Shown here: positions 9,413 through 19,755 of the stretch, in pieces | Position numbering within the stretch: position 1 is the first letter of the stretch | Layout: each line of letters starts with the position of its first letter | Source: Chlamydiota bacterium | Lineage (GTDB): Bacteria; Chlamydiota; Chlamydiia; Chlamydiales; SM23-39 | Direction of reading: 5' to 3' | Length of the DNA: 45,545 bases | Assembly: GCA_039179045.1 (NCBI GenBank) | Contig: JBCDEZ010000004.1 | Location: 1-45,545, forward strand | The notes under the pieces: model-generated | The model's database searches: none | What the model was told of the DNA's origin: nothing | The model's input: only the letters and a program-made list of their open reading frames with translations | Program-made: the position numbers and the translations under genes

Positions 9413-10701
9413 CACCTCTTCTCCCATTTCTTTGCCAAGTAGGAGGCAGCCTCTTGTATCGGTACCACTTCTTCTTTTCGCAAGTCCATCTCCTTGCAGC
9501 GCACAACGCCCCGTTTTTGCTCTTCCGCTCCCATAATTAGGCAGTACGAAGCTCCCCTTTTCTCTGCGCGACTCAATAGGTCTTGGATCTTGCCCTTGTA
9601 AAGGGCTATCTCAGCAAATATCCCCCTCTTTCGCAAGCTTTGCGTGAGGCGCAAAAGGGGAGGACGAGCCGTCCTTTCTAAAGGAAGAGAAAACACAAAT
9701 GGAGCTTCTTTTTTTGGAATAGGAGAGCCTTGCGCTAGCATGGTTTGCAAAAGGCGCTCTAAACCTGTTCCGAAACCGATTCCAGGCAGATCCTGGCCAG
9801 AAAACAGGGACGGAAAGCCATCATAACGCCCTCCTCCACCGATCGCATTTTGTGCGCCCAAATCTGAGGAGACAATTTCAAAGACGGTTTTTTGGTAATA
9901 GTCGAGGCCGCGCACCATTTTCGGATTGACCGTATAAGGGATCTGCAACTCTTCAAGAGTTGCGAGAACTCCTGAGAAATGATCAGCACATTCGGGAGTC
10001 AAAAAGTCGAGGATTGAAGGAGCCCCTTCCAAGAGTTGTCGGTCACCAGGCGCTTTTGAGTCCAAGATACGCAAAGGGTTCTGCGCAAAACGGACCCGAC
10101 TTTCTGGAGAGAGTGCCTCTTTTTGCGGTGTCAAGTAGTCGAGTAGAGCTGCTTTGTAGGCCTCTCTCGAGGGCATATCTCCGACTGAGTTGATGTCGAC
10201 ATGTAGCTCCCGAATGCCCAGGTTACGATAGAGAGAAATGAGAAGATCGATCACTTCTGCATCCTGCTCATAGGCTGCACACCCAAGCACTTCCGCACCG
10301 AACTGGTGGTGCTGCCGGTAACGCCCTTTCTGTGGTTTTTCGTAGCGAAACATGGGAGCGAGGTAAAAAAGCTTGTGCACCTTGCGCGTGTGGGATAGAC
10401 CCCCTTCGAAAAAAGCGCGCAAAACAGCCGAGGTCCCCTCAGGACGGAGTGCGAGGGGGCGATGTTTCCGGTCTTCGAAGAGATACATCTCTTTCATCAC
10501 GATATCGCTAGTGGCCATGCCGATGGAAAAGACTTTCTCCTGTTCGAAAAGAGGAGTACGGATCTCTTCGAAACCATAGCATTGAGCCGTCTTTCGGACG
10601 ATCTTTTCCAGATACTGCCATAAGTGCACTTCTTGCCAGAGCTCCCGAAACCCATAGGGAAGAATGTCGAATAGTCCTCTCGGAAGTGTATATTTTGCCA
10701 T
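9412..10701 (-). CDS. hisS: Histidine--tRNA ligase
   Basis: KEMY, LRPEGT, FRYEKPQKGRYRQHHQ, VRGLDYY, GGGRYD. Confidence 0.97.
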   Translation of the reverse strand: MAKYTLPRGLFDILPYGFRELWQEVHLWQYLEKIVRKTAQCYGFEEIRTPLFEQEKVFSIGMATSDIVMKEMYLFEDRKHRPLALRPEGTSAVLRAFFEGGLSHTRKVHKLFYLAPMFRYEKPQKGRYRQHHQFGAEVLGCAAYEQDAEVIDLLISLYRNLGIRELHVDINSVGDMPSREAYKAALLDYLTPQKEALSPESRVRFAQNPLRILDSKAPGDRQLLEGAPSILDFLTPECADHFSGVLATLEELQIPYTVNPKMVRGLDYYQKTVFEIVSSDLGAQNAIGGGGRYDGFPSLFSGQDLPGIGFGTGLERLLQTMLAQGSPIPKKEAPFVFSLPLERTARPPLLRLTQSLRKRGIFAEIALYKGKIQDLLSRAEKRGASYCLIMGAEEQKRGVVRCKEMDLRKEEVVPIQEAASYLAKKWEKR

Positions 10702-10789
10702 AGTCGCTCTAGTATAGCTGCACAGGCTGGAAAAAACAATGGCAAGCTTGCCTCTTTTGCCAGAGAAATCGTTTGCGTTTGCAACGATT

Positions 10790-11401
10790 TTAAAGATCGC
10801 GTGAGATTTGCGAAATGAGCTGGCGCAAAAGAGTCGTCCACTTCGTGAGATGGGAGGTAGCTGGCGTTTTTTGGTGTTCTAGATGGAGATCTTGGAGAAG
10901 GTCCATGAAGGGGAAGGGAATCCACTCAGCGCCCGCATACTCTAGAAGATAATAGCCTAAGCTATGCTTTTCGCTCTCGGGATATGCATGCAGATGTTCA
11001 ATGAAATTTTCGAGCTTGGAAAAATAGGCAGACTTACCTCGCGATCTTTCTGCATCCTCTAAGAATTGGTGCCACCAAGAAGAGAGTTGGTTGAGCGTGG
11101 AGACGTCTTGACTGTAATCTTCTACCTTCAGCTTGTCAAAGGCGCTCAGAAGTCTTTTTAGATCATCTTCTAACGAGTGTTCTGTGATTGTGTGCTCCGA
11201 TTGGAATCCTTCTCCGTTTTGCGTGAAAAACCGGAGCAATTTAGATAGTCCCCGCAAAAAGTGGGCGAATAGAACAGGAGAGGCGGCGTCCTCTTGTTCC
11301 TTTTGTTCCTCCTCCTCTTTTTTTTCTGCATCCTTTTCTGCGGGATGCACGCGAATGTCATTGTAAGGATCGTGGGGAGGGGGAGGGCCGGATACGCTCA
11401 T
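10790..11401 (-). CDS. Hypothetical protein with a Pro-rich/acidic N-terminus
   Basis: 203-aa ORF with an AGGAG RBS, filling the hisS-uhpC gap. No domain recognised. Confidence 0.8.
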   Translation of the reverse strand: MSVSGPPPPHDPYNDIRVHPAEKDAEKKEEEEQKEQEDAASPVLFAHFLRGLSKLLRFFTQNGEGFQSEHTITEHSLEDDLKRLLSAFDKLKVEDYSQDVSTLNQLSSWWHQFLEDAERSRGKSAYFSKLENFIEHLHAYPESEKHSLGYYLLEYAGAEWIPFPFMDLLQDLHLEHQKTPATSHLTKWTTLLRQLISQISRDL

Positions 11402-11565
11402 AGTATTCTCCTTAAAATGAACCGCTTTGCACTAGTACATAGTATAGGTTGGTACTTTTTTGTGAAGGAAATCGGCAGAAGAGTTCTCTGGATAAAGTCC
11501 TGTTCCATTCCTTGACAAGACGCAGGGAAGAAGGGTAGGGTATTTCTCCCATAAGGATCTGATTT

Positions 11566-12915
11566 GTGCGCAAAAAAACTTTCAAATACTTTCGTTCTGC
11601 TCCCGACATGCAACCGATAGAAGATGCAAAGGCAGTGGGGTCGTTGTACCGCTATTGGCGCCTTCGCACCTTTTATGCCATGTATATTGGTTATATCTTC
11701 TACTATTTTACAAGAAAAAGTTTTACTTTTATCATGCCTGTTTTGCAGGAAGGAGGGATGAGCCTTGCTTCCCTCGGCATGATCAGCAGCGCACTTTCCC
11801 TCTCCTACGGATGCAGCAAGTTTTTTAGCGGGATTTTGGGAGACCGTTCGAATCCCCGCTATTTCATGGCGATAGGCTTGCTCTTTACAGGGGCGTGCAA
11901 CCTCGCTTTTGGACTCTCGAGCTCCCTTTTGTTATTCGTTATTTTCTGGGGACTCAACGGCTGGTTTCAAGGTTGGGGATGGCCTGGTTGCGCTAAGCTT
12001 TTGACGTACTGGTACTCCCACAAAGAGCGGGGGCTTTGGTGGGGGCTTTGGAATACGTCTCACAATTTAGGGGGGGCTTTGGCTCCTCTTTTGGTGGGGC
12101 TTGTCATGCACCATTTCGATTGGCGCACGTGCCTGTTCGTGTCCGCCTTTTTGAGTCTGCTAGGTAGTTTGTTTTTGCTAAACCGCCTTCGCGATACGCC
12201 TAGATCGTTGGGACTACCCCCAGTTGAGGTCTACCAAGGAGAAGCGCAAGCTCCTAAAGAAGAGCGAGAGTCCTACCCTGCAAGAAAGATCCTACTGCGA
12301 TTCGTCCTCAAAAACCCGTGTATCTGGATCCTCTCTTGGGCCAATTTTTTCGTCTACGTGATCCGCACCGCTGTCAATGATTGGAGCTTTCTCTACTATT
12401 GCCAACATTTTCCAGGGGAAGGATATTCTGTCGCAAGCCTTTGCTGCTGCTCTTTTGAGGTGGGAGGATTGGTCGGCTCTTTGTCCGCAGGATGGCTCTC
12501 CGACTCCCTCTTCCTCGGAAGAAGAAACCCTATCAATGTTTTGTACCTTACAGGTACAATGACTCTATGCTTTTGCATGGTCTACATGCCCTCAGATGCT
12601 CCCTTTGCTTTGCATGCCTTATGGATGTTTGCGATGGGATTTTGCATTTTCGGGCCACAAATGCTCATCGGGATGGCGGCAGCAGAGCTTTCGCACAAAA
12701 AAGCGGTAGCAAGTGCGAGTGGCTTTACCGGATTCTGGGGCTATCTGGGAGCTGCTTTTGCAGGCTTGCCTTTAGGAGGGCTGATTGCACAGTGGGGATG
12801 GAGCGGATATTTTGCGTTCCTAAGTTTCACAGCTCTTTTAGCAGGAGGGGCGCTGTTGCCCCTTTGGCATGCGCAAGAGCATCTCGAAACGGGAGCGCAA
12901 GACGCCCCTATTTGA
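11566..12915 (+). CDS. uhpC: Hexose-phosphate (glucose-6-phosphate) MFS transporter
   Basis: YYFTRKSF, YSHKERG.WW..WNTSHNLGG, LRDTP, FGPQMLIGMAAAELSHKKA. Sits upstream of dnaE as in Chlamydia. Confidence 0.93.
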   Translation: MRKKTFKYFRSAPDMQPIEDAKAVGSLYRYWRLRTFYAMYIGYIFYYFTRKSFTFIMPVLQEGGMSLASLGMISSALSLSYGCSKFFSGILGDRSNPRYFMAIGLLFTGACNLAFGLSSSLLLFVIFWGLNGWFQGWGWPGCAKLLTYWYSHKERGLWWGLWNTSHNLGGALAPLLVGLVMHHFDWRTCLFVSAFLSLLGSLFLLNRLRDTPRSLGLPPVEVYQGEAQAPKEERESYPARKILLRFVLKNPCIWILSWANFFVYVIRTAVNDWSFLYYCQHFPGEGYSVASLCCCSFEVGGLVGSLSAGWLSDSLFLGRRNPINVLYLTGTMTLCFCMVYMPSDAPFALHALWMFAMGFCIFGPQMLIGMAAAELSHKKAVASASGFTGFWGYLGAAFAGLPLGGLIAQWGWSGYFAFLSFTALLAGGALLPLWHAQEHLETGAQDAPI

Positions 12916-12931
12916 ACCATTTTAAGAGATT

Positions 12932-15900
12932 ATGAGCTGGATCCCTTTACACGTACACTCCCAATATTCACTACTCGACTCTACTCTTTCAATGAAGCGC
13001 CTTGTTGCTAAGGCAGAAGAGTTCTCTTTGCCTGCTGTAGCACTTACAGACCATGGCAATTTATTTGGCGCCGTCGAGTTTTATCAAACTTGCCAAAAGA
13101 GCGGGATCCAACCCATTCTCGGTGCCGAGCTTTGGGTAGCACCCGGTTCGAGAAAAGAAAAAAAACGGATCGCTGGTCATCCAGCAGGCTACCCCATTGT
13201 CTTACTGGCAAAAGATTTGACCGGCTACCACAACTTATGCAAGCTCTCTTCGATCGGTTATCTCGAGGGTTTTTACTACTACCCTAGAATCGATCGGGAT
13301 GTGCTCCGAGAGCATAGCAATGGTCTCATCTGTCTTTCGGGCCCCACCCACTCCTCGGTCGCTTCTTGGATCATTCAAGGAAAAGAAGAGAAGCTCTTAG
13401 AAGAGGTTGCATGGTACAAAGAGGTGTTTCAAGAAGACTACTATTTCGAAGTGCTGCGCCACCAGATGGAGGAACAAGAGAGAGAAAAAAGCAAACTTGA
13501 AGTGTGGGCTTTGCAAGTTCTAGAAGAGCATGTGAAAAAGCAAGAGAAAGTAATCACAAGGCTGCAAGCGCTCTCCAAATCGCACGGGATCGCACTTGTG
13601 GCTGCTAACGATACCCACTATCTCGAAAAAGAGGATGCCGCTGCACACGAAGTGCTCATCAACGTACAGTCGGGAGAGCCTTGCCTTATTTGGGAGCGCG
13701 ATAGCGCAGGCAATCCGATTCGCAAAGTACCCAACCCGAAAAGAAAGACCTATCCGAGCCGCGAGTACTCCTTCAAAAGCCCTAAAGAGATGCAAGAGCG
13801 TTTTTCTGACTTGCCCGAAGCACTTGCAACCAGCGTGGAAATCGCTAATAAATGTTCTGTAAACCTTGACTTTCAAACAAAGCACTATCCTGTATATACG
13901 CCCGCAGGTCTCGAGGGAGTGTCATGGGACAAAAAGCAACGGGAGAAAGAAGTAGGCAAGTACCTTTACAGGCTTTGCCAAGAGGCGATCTCTGAACGTT
14001 ACGACGAAAAAGCCCTCAAACAAGTCGAAGAAACATGCCCTGGAAAAGATCCCCTAGAGAGAGTGCAAGAGCGTCTCGACTACGAATTTTCCCTTTTGGC
14101 ATCGAAGGGCCTTTGTGACTACCTTCTGATTGTGTACGATTTCATAGCCTGGGCAAAGAGAGAAAAGATTCCGGTGGGCCCAGGTAGGGGATCTGCGGCA
14201 GGCTCGATCATCGCATACCTGGTAGGCATTACAGATATCGAGCCCCTATCCTTTCATCTTTTCTTCGAAAGATTCATCAATCCTGAAAGAATGTCTTATC
14301 CCGATATCGATGTGGATATCTGCATGGACCGCCGGCAAGAGGTGATCGACTACATGATCCGTAAATATGGTAAGGAAAAAGTCGCGCAAATCATCACCTT
14401 TGGAACAATGAAAGCGAAAATGGCGATCAAAGATGTGGGCAGAGTCTTGAGTGTGCCTCTTGCCAAGGTCAATGAGATCGCAAAGCTCGTGCCTGATGAA
14501 CTAGGTGTTACTCTTGAAAGAGCTCTCAAGGTAGATCCCGATTTGCTGCGTCTCTACGAGATAGATGAAGAGGCAAAAAGTGTGATCGATATGGCGCAGA
14601 AAATCGAGGGTTCGATCCGCAATACGAGCACGCACGCAGCAGGCCTGATCGTCTCAGCTGATCCAATCACTGAGCATATCCCCGTTTGCACTGCGAAAGA
14701 TACCGACATGCTCGTGACCCAATTTGCTATGAAACCCGCTGAGATGGTAGGTCTTTTGAAAATCGATTTCCTGGGTCTCAAAACCTTGACTTCGATCCAA
14801 AAGGCAGTAGCAATGGTTGAGCTTAGCAAAGGAATTGAGATCGACTGGACCCGCCTGCCCTTAGATGATCGAACAACCTTCGATCTTCTCACCCAGGGAA
14901 AGACTTTGGGAGTATTTCAGCTCGAATCTTCCGGCATGCAAGATCTTGTCCGCAACTTGAAGATCGACCAGTTTGAAGAGATCATTGCGGTAGGCGCTTT
15001 GTACCGGCCGGGGCCGATGGATATGATCCCCTCTTTCATCAACAGGAAGCATAAAAAAGAGGTGATTGAGATCGACCACCCCTTGATGGAAAAGATTTTA
15101 CAAGAGACCTATGGGGTAATGGTCTACCAGGAGCAGGTGATGGAAATCGCGCGCCTTCTTGCTGGCTATTCCCTCGGCGAAGGGGATGTTTTGCGTCGCG
15201 CTATGGGGAAGAAAGACCGGGAGGAAATGGCGCGGCAAAGAGAGAAGTTTTTGCAAGGCGCGGAAACAAAAGGGGTTTCGAAAAAGGTAGCCACCACCAT
15301 TTTTGATAAAATTGAAAAATTTGCCTCCTACGGATTCAACAAATCGCATGCAGCAGCCTACGCCTATTTGAGCTATACGACTGCCTACTTCAAAGCGAAC
15401 TATCCCGAAGAGTGGATGGCCTCTTTGATGACCTCAGACAAGGATGATCTATCCAAAGTGGCAAAATTCATCGCCGAAGCAAAGGCGATGGGCATCGCTA
15501 TGCTCGCGCCTGATGTGAATTCTCCCGGAGAAGAGTTTGTGCCCAGCCCTGAAGGCATCCGGTTTGCTATGAGCGGCATCAAAGGAGTCGGACACTCGGT
15601 AGTCAAAGCGATCATCGAAGAGAGGAAAAAAGGCACTTTTACCTCCCTCTACGACTTTGTACAGAGAATCGATAAAAAAATTGTGGGCAAAAAGCAGATA
15701 GAGCTCCTAGCGCGCGCAGGCGCTTTCGATTTTACAAAATGGGAGCGGGACGCTCTCGTGGAAAGTGTCGATCCAATTTATGAGGAAACCTACCGCAGTA
15801 GCAAAGAAGAGAGTCAAGGTATTTTGAGTTTCCTTCCTCTCCTTACAGAGAAAAATCCGTATCTAGAAGAGCCAATAGCCCAGCAAAAAACGAGCAACAT

Positions 15901-16597
15901 CGAGAGGCTCCGGAGTGAAAAAGAGCTCCTTGGATTCTATCTGAGCGGCCATCCTATCGAAACCTATCTTCCTGTTTTGCAAAAAGCGGGGGGAAAATCG
16001 ATCGGCGATGTCCGTGAGCATGAGCTCATTCTTACTGCCTTTGTGATCGATAAGGTGCAGTTCAAAATCGCCTCAAAATCGCAGAAGAAATTTGCAATTC
16101 TGCAAGTTAGCGATGAGAGAGAGAAATATGAGATTCCCGTTTGGCCCGATCTGGTGGAGGCCAAAGGGGATCTTCTCGTAGAAAATACGCTTTTGTTCGG
16201 GCTCTTGGACGTCGAGCCGCAGGGAGATACCTGGAAAGTCCAAATGCGCTGTTTCAGCGACGACTTTGACAAGAAGCTTTTTCAAGAAGAGAAAAAACGT
16301 TGGAAAAAGCGCCCTGAAAGCAAAAAACATACCAAGCAGGAGAAAGTCATGCAGCTAGTCATCACAGTCGATGCCGAGATAGTCCGTTTCACTCACGTAG
16401 TCACTCTCAAAGAACTGTTTGATCAGTACTCGGGAAGTACAGGAGTACAAGTGGTCTTTCTAGCCAGTGGAGAAAAAATCGGGAGCCTGCATATTGACAA
16501 GCAAAACGGAGTCGATCCCGACTCAGCAATCGCCTCGTCTTTGCAAACTCTTTCCTTCATTCTATCAATGAGAAAAGAGGAAAAAACGCTGACGTAA
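12932..16597 (+). CDS. dnaE: DNA polymerase III alpha subunit
   Basis: PHP motifs HVHSQYSLLD and TDHGNL; GPGRGSAAGS, PDIDVD, KIDFLGL, YGFNKSHA. Confidence 0.98.
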   Translation: MSWIPLHVHSQYSLLDSTLSMKRLVAKAEEFSLPAVALTDHGNLFGAVEFYQTCQKSGIQPILGAELWVAPGSRKEKKRIAGHPAGYPIVLLAKDLTGYHNLCKLSSIGYLEGFYYYPRIDRDVLREHSNGLICLSGPTHSSVASWIIQGKEEKLLEEVAWYKEVFQEDYYFEVLRHQMEEQEREKSKLEVWALQVLEEHVKKQEKVITRLQALSKSHGIALVAANDTHYLEKEDAAAHEVLINVQSGEPCLIWERDSAGNPIRKVPNPKRKTYPSREYSFKSPKEMQERFSDLPEALATSVEIANKCSVNLDFQTKHYPVYTPAGLEGVSWDKKQREKEVGKYLYRLCQEAISERYDEKALKQVEETCPGKDPLERVQERLDYEFSLLASKGLCDYLLIVYDFIAWAKREKIPVGPGRGSAAGSIIAYLVGITDIEPLSFHLFFERFINPERMSYPDIDVDICMDRRQEVIDYMIRKYGKEKVAQIITFGTMKAKMAIKDVGRVLSVPLAKVNEIAKLVPDELGVTLERALKVDPDLLRLYEIDEEAKSVIDMAQKIEGSIRNTSTHAAGLIVSADPITEHIPVCTAKDTDMLVTQFAMKPAEMVGLLKIDFLGLKTLTSIQKAVAMVELSKGIEIDWTRLPLDDRTTFDLLTQGKTLGVFQLESSGMQDLVRNLKIDQFEEIIAVGALYRPGPMDMIPSFINRKHKKEVIEIDHPLMEKILQETYGVMVYQEQVMEIARLLAGYSLGEGDVLRRAMGKKDREEMARQREKFLQGAETKGVSKKVATTIFDKIEKFASYGFNKSHAAAYAYLSYTTAYFKANYPEEWMASLMTSDKDDLSKVAKFIAEAKAMGIAMLAPDVNSPGEEFVPSPEGIRFAMSGIKGVGHSVVKAIIEERKKGTFTSLYDFVQRIDKKIVGKKQIELLARAGAFDFTKWERDALVESVDPIYEETYRSSKEESQGILSFLPLLTEKNPYLEEPIAQQKTSNIERLRSEKELLGFYLSGHPIETYLPVLQKAGGKSIGDVREHELILTAFVIDKVQFKIASKSQKKFAILQVSDEREKYEIPVWPDLVEAKGDLLVENTLLFGLLDVEPQGDTWKVQMRCFSDDFDKKLFQEEKKRWKKRPESKKHTKQEKVMQLVITVDAEIVRFTHVVTLKELFDQYSGSTGVQVVFLASGEKIGSLHIDKQNGVDPDSAIASSLQTLSFILSMRKEEKTLT

Positions 16598-16819
16598 TGA
16601 ATGAGACATACGCGGACAGCTATGACAAACTACCTGGCTTGAAAACAGGAACCTTTTTGTAAGAAAGTTCTAAATACGAACCCATCAATGCCGCGTGCAG
16701 GATCTACATGCACGCTTAAACCATCTGTCTAATAATCTACGTTGCGATTTTAATTAAAATAAGAGTTCTTCACAAAGACCCTTACCACAAAAAGATCAAA
16801 AAGTCCTAAGTAGGTGTAT

Positions 16820-16908
16820 CGTATCTAACATGAAAAACGATCCCCAACACCTAACCTGAGAGGAGAAAATTGTTGATGGTTCAAAACCCAAAATTTAGGT
16901 TAGATACG
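16820..16908. repeat. 89-bp segment bounded by inverted repeats (MITE-like)
   Basis: CGTATCTAAC (16820-16829) and GTTAGATACG (16899-16908) are perfect 10-bp IRs, matching 13/15 when extended inward. Confidence 0.4.
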
Positions 16909-16965
16909 GAGATCAAGATGTATTTTTTAAAAAAACTTCTTTATACAAGAAAAAAAGCCTAGGAT

Positions 16966-17190
16966 TTAAACGCGCGCCCCAAATAAAGAGCTAAGAAAAA
17001 GAGTAGCGGCGGAAAAAATGCTCGCGGAGACAAGGGGAAAGTGGATAAGGTGCGTTCCTTTGACCACAACCATATCTCCAGGGAGCCGACCGAACCAAGC
17101 TAAATAGTGGGGAAATGGAGTTTGAAAATGCAGAAAAAGGCCCCCTAAGATGGTAAAAAAACAGAACCAAAATAGGAAGCGAGAGACCAC
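16966..17190 (-). CDS. DUF2905-family small membrane protein
   Basis: WFGRLPGDM...FPL signature between two hydrophobic helices. Abuts the trxA stop. Confidence 0.75.
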   Translation of the reverse strand: MVSRFLFWFCFFTILGGLFLHFQTPFPHYLAWFGRLPGDMVVVKGTHLIHFPLVSASIFSAATLFLSSLFGARV

Positions 17191-17502
17191 TTACGCGCCT
17201 GCTGTTTCCACAAATTTGCGCAATGTCTCCAGATCAGCTGCACCCACAGTCCGCTTCACTTCCCTCCCCTCTTGACATAGAACCAGAGTAGGAACGGAGG
17301 TAATCTGATACTCTTCAGCGGTCTTTTTCGCGTTATCGATATCGACTTTGCAAATTTGCATCTCTCCAGACATCGCCTCTTCTAGCTCCCCCAAGATCGG
17401 GTAGAGCATGCGGCAGGGACCGCACCATTCAGCAGAAAAGACCACAAGCGTTTTGCTTTTTGCGATCTCTTGAGAAAAATTTTCATCGGACAACTGTTTC
17501 AT
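17191..17502 (-). CDS. trxA: Thioredoxin
   Basis: WCGPC active site and SVPTL. Start set at the ATG at 17502. Confidence 0.95.
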   Translation of the reverse strand: MKQLSDENFSQEIAKSKTLVVFSAEWCGPCRMLYPILGELEEAMSGEMQICKVDIDNAKKTAEEYQITSVPTLVLCQEGREVKRTVGAADLETLRKFVETAGA

Positions 17503-17535
17503 AGCGGAGCCTAATTTCAATATATTTTAAGCCTA

Positions 17536-17564
17536 AGTTTACAACGAAAAAACAAAAAAGACAA
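17536..17564 (-). promoter_or_regulatory. Putative sigma66 promoter for trxA
   Basis: TTGTCT-17 nt-TAAACT on the minus strand. Confidence 0.45.
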
Positions 17565-17632
17565 TGGCCAATGGAGCTAAAGAAGCCCATGAGGTGAAAT
17601 TCCCCAAGTGCGTCAAAAGGCAATGGTTGCAT

Positions 17633-18919
17633 TCACTTGACGCGACAAGAACGCGCGTTGCCCGCTTCCGTAGCATCCTCCAAGTCTTGCAAAGCGCGGC
17701 GCGCATCTTCTACTACTTTTTGCATGAAGACCTTTTTCCCCAAATCTTTGTATTGTTCAAACGTGATAGGAGGTCCGATCCGGCAAGAAATCGTACCAAA
17801 AAGATGCGGCAAACGCCGATTTTTCCCCCAAGCATCTCCAGCACCTGCGATGTATACGGGTAGAACCGGGCAGCCACTTTTGAAAGCCAAAAGACCGATC
17901 CCAGGTGCCAAGGGAAGGATCTGCTTCCCATCAGAGCGTCCCCCTTCCGGAAAAAGGAGAAGTTTCTCCCCATTTTCTAAGATGCGTAGAGTCGTTTTCA
18001 CCGCATGCAGATCTCTTTTCCCCGCGGTAATGGGATGCGCTTTCAAAGAAGAAATAAGGCAGCGAAAAAGGAAACTGCGAAACAGTGTTTTGCGCGCCAA
18101 AAAGTGGAGTTCTTCTCCCAGAGCAAAGACCGCCAAAGGGGGATCAAAGTATGAGGTATGATTGGCAATGACAAGAGCTGCGCCTGCGAAAAGATGCTCT
18201 TTCCCGCGCACCTCAAATCGATAGAGCCTCCGAGCAAGAAACTGTCCAAAAAAGAACGCAACTGAATAGAAAAAGCGCATCTTTTTGGGAGGCACTTTTT
18301 GGAGCATAGACAGAACGACCTGCTCTAAGCTCAAAAAGCTCGTATCAATTTCGATCATATCCTCCGTTTTTTCGAGAGGAGACTCCTTTCTCATCTCGTC
18401 TGCATGATCTCTTCTTTGCATCCGCTTTTCGATCTCTTGAAGAGACATCTTGGCCTGAAGCTGGTCGTAGCGCCTCTTGGCGCGCGTCTTAGAGTCAGCT
18501 GTGAGAAAGAATTTCACCTCAGCATGGGGGAAAACAACGCTTCCCATATCCCGTCCTTCGCAGACGCAAGAGAGACCCTTCGTTCTTTCCCTTTGCATCT
18601 TGGTAAGAGCCTTGCGCACGCATTGGAACGAGGAGAGTTGGGAGCTGAGAGAAGAGATCTCCTCGGAGCGGATGCTCTCGGTTACATCGACCTTTCCAAC
18701 CAGATAGCGCGCTCTACTTTGTACTTCAAAGGAAAATGAGCCAAGAGCTGCTTCGACCGTAGGGAGGGAGACAGAGCTATACCCCTCTTCTCGAAAATGC
18801 CAAGCAAAGCAGCGATACATAGCTCCCGTATCCAGATAGGCAATCCCAAGTCTTTGTGCCAGCAATTTTGCTGCGCTAGATTTTCCCGTCCCAGAAGGAC
18901 CATCAATCGTAATTTTCAT
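17633..18919 (-). CDS. cmk: Fused cytidylate kinase / 1-acyl-sn-glycerol-3-phosphate acyltransferase (Cmk-PlsC)
   Basis: N-half: IDGPSGTGKS, YLDTGAMYR, EGRDMG. C-half: NHTSYFD, FLARK, FPEGGRS. Single frame; the start overlaps the cdsA stop (ATGA). Confidence 0.9.
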   Translation of the reverse strand: MKITIDGPSGTGKSSAAKLLAQRLGIAYLDTGAMYRCFAWHFREEGYSSVSLPTVEAALGSFSFEVQSRARYLVGKVDVTESIRSEEISSLSSQLSSFQCVRKALTKMQRERTKGLSCVCEGRDMGSVVFPHAEVKFFLTADSKTRAKRRYDQLQAKMSLQEIEKRMQRRDHADEMRKESPLEKTEDMIEIDTSFLSLEQVVLSMLQKVPPKKMRFFYSVAFFFGQFLARRLYRFEVRGKEHLFAGAALVIANHTSYFDPPLAVFALGEELHFLARKTLFRSFLFRCLISSLKAHPITAGKRDLHAVKTTLRILENGEKLLLFPEGGRSDGKQILPLAPGIGLLAFKSGCPVLPVYIAGAGDAWGKNRRLPHLFGTISCRIGPPITFEQYKDLGKKVFMQKVVEDARRALQDLEDATEAGNARSCRVK

Positions 18920-19755
18920 CGCATTGCCCATAAGATACAAAAAAGCGCGGGTGCTGTAAATAAAAGAGAGTCGATTAGATCCAAAGCGCCCCCGATACCT
19001 CGGATCTGGTTACTATCTTTGACCTGCGCGTCTCTTTTCAGTAAAGACTCAAAAAGATCGCCTATCTGCCCTAGCAAGGCGAGAAAAGCTCCCAGCAAGG
19101 CCCCTTTTAGATACGATACACCTTCGAAAGCCGGCATGCTCTTCGCGAAATAGGTCAAGAAAAGACTGCACACAAGGGCCCCTAAAATACCGAAGCCCGC
19201 TCCTTCCTGTGTTTTTTTCGGGCTGATTTTTGCAGAAAGAGGATGTCTTCCCAAGGCATTGCCTCCCAAGTAAGCTGCGATATCACTACACTTGGTAACC
19301 GCTATGAGATAAAAAAACCAAGAATTTCCCCCTCCAAGAGGCGTGTAGAGCAAAAATAGAACCGAAGAGGTGGGTAGAACAATGTAGAGCAAGGGAAAGC
19401 TGGAAAGAGCGAAGTAGACAATCGCCCCTTTATGCTCTTTGCTGCGCAAATAAAATAAGAACAAAAGGTAGATCAGAAAAGGAGCGACCAGAAGGCTTCC
19501 TGGCAAACAGCCGCGCGCTACAAAGTAGCTCAAAACTAGGAATACGAAGGAAAAAGAGGCGAGCAAGAAGTAGGGCGTCTGTAGGTTTTTTCTCTGGACT
19601 AAGAGGCGGTACTCCCAAAGAGCTATCAAAGAGACCCCCTGCAAAAGAGCAAGCAAAAGCAGCTGCCCGGCCGCCGTTCCCCGAAAGAGGAAAAAACCGA
19701 AGAGAACTCCGATTGCAGCAGCTGTCATGCACGTTCTTTTTGCAAATTCTCTCAT
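18916..19755 (-). CDS. cdsA: Phosphatidate cytidylyltransferase
   Basis: SPKKTQEG, GDLFESLLKRDAQVKDS, GGALDLIDS; polytopic membrane protein. Confidence 0.95.
   Translation of the reverse strand: MREFAKRTCMTAAAIGVLFGFFLFRGTAAGQLLLLALLQGVSLIALWEYRLLVQRKNLQTPYFLLASFSFVFLVLSYFVARGCLPGSLLVAPFLIYLLFLFYLRSKEHKGAIVYFALSSFPLLYIVLPTSSVLFLLYTPLGGGNSWFFYLIAVTKCSDIAAYLGGNALGRHPLSAKISPKKTQEGAGFGILGALVCSLFLTYFAKSMPAFEGVSYLKGALLGAFLALLGQIGDLFESLLKRDAQVKDSNQIRGIGGALDLIDSLLFTAPALFCILWAMR

Noticed and set aside
12932..16597. Intein or split in dnaE
   Set aside because: Length and motif spacing are normal, and no intein signatures were seen.
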